Part shown: piece after piece, positions 63,607-64,000 of the stretch | How the letters are laid out: every line of letters starts with the position of its first letter | Position numbering within the stretch: position 1 is the first letter of the stretch | DNA from: an uncultured bacterium | GTDB lineage: Bacteria > RBG-13-66-14 | DNA: 64,000 nt | Assembly (NCBI GenBank): GCA_964577465.1 | Contig: CAZNZF010000001.1 | Span: 68,785-132,784, forward strand | Direction of reading: 5' to 3' | Translations under genes and position numbers: made by a program | The notes under the pieces: generated by a model | What the model was told of the DNA's origin: nothing | Databases searched by the model: none | The model's input: the letters and a program-made list of their open reading frames with translations, nothing else

Positions 63607-64000
63607 ATGGTATCCAGACGGCTTATCATCAGTTTGACGCTGCTCCTTTCGGGCGTGGCCCTGGCCCAGGTCCAGGACGTCCCCACCACCCTCGCGCTCG
63701 TATCGTCGGCCTACGAGCGGGGTGAGCTCACCTACACCGACTACGCCCTCTACAAGCTCTACCTCGCCTTCGGCGACGCCGACCGCATCCCCGACGCCTA
63801 CCGGGGCTCGGACAGCCTGGCCGGCGTCTGCGGTTCGCTTCTGCTCTACGATGCCAGCCGGTGCGCAATCGAGGGGCTCTTCAACGAGGCCGAGCTGGCC
63901 GATGCCCGGATGTACCTGGGCCGACCCACCGACGAGGCCCCGCCGGGAGCCAGACGGGGTTACGACATTCCCCACCCCGACATCCACCACTGGGACACCC
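63607..64000 (+). CDS. hypothetical secreted protein (5-prime partial; runs off window end)
   Basis: ATG at 63607 with signal peptide LIISLTLLLSGVALAQ. The ORF stays open to the end of the window and is absent from the track because it is truncated. Confidence 0.4.
   Translation, partial: MVSRRLIISLTLLLSGVALAQVQDVPTTLALVSSAYERGELTYTDYALYKLYLAFGDADRIPDAYRGSDSLAGVCGSLLLYDASRCAIEGLFNEAELADARMYLGRPTDEAPPGARRGYDIPHPDIHHWDT

Overview
High-GC (roughly 65-70%) bacterial chromosomal segment, densely coded on both strands. Most genes are housekeeping: dus, recG, priA, prs, nagZ, hup, rnhA, apbE, an aminotransferase, rlmB-like, ispF, rsmB, rpe, ffh, rpoD-dnaG, mutS2 and uvrB. Interspersed are secreted or lipoprotein genes. 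Three are peptidases (clostripain-like C11, an HEXXH...E gluzincin-like enzyme, and gingipain-like C25), each ending in a T9SS-type C-terminal sorting domain. This suggests an uncultured FCB-superphylum-like organism. Other notable content: an RsbW-like kinase next to a STAS-GAF-HD-GYP protein (partner-switch control of c-di-GMP hydrolysis); several glycosyltransferases, one translationally coupled to ffh; an MscS channel fused to a cNMP-binding domain; and a lower-GC island carrying an IS1595-like transposase remnant next to an orphan FecCD permease. The intergenic palindrome GACAAGGGGTTTAAACCCCTTGTC recurs six times. A 33-34 nt element (AACCGAGCGAAGCGAGCTACGCCCCCGGCGAAAC) occurs both in the loop of that palindrome and in-frame inside three coding sequences. 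Downstream of uvrB lies a diverged duplicate of its last ~70 bp, flanking an inserted membrane-protein gene. No rRNA, tRNA or CRISPR array was recognised. Many long ORFs in the six-frame track are antisense artefacts of high GC and were not called. All calls rest on reading translated motifs by eye; no database search was possible.
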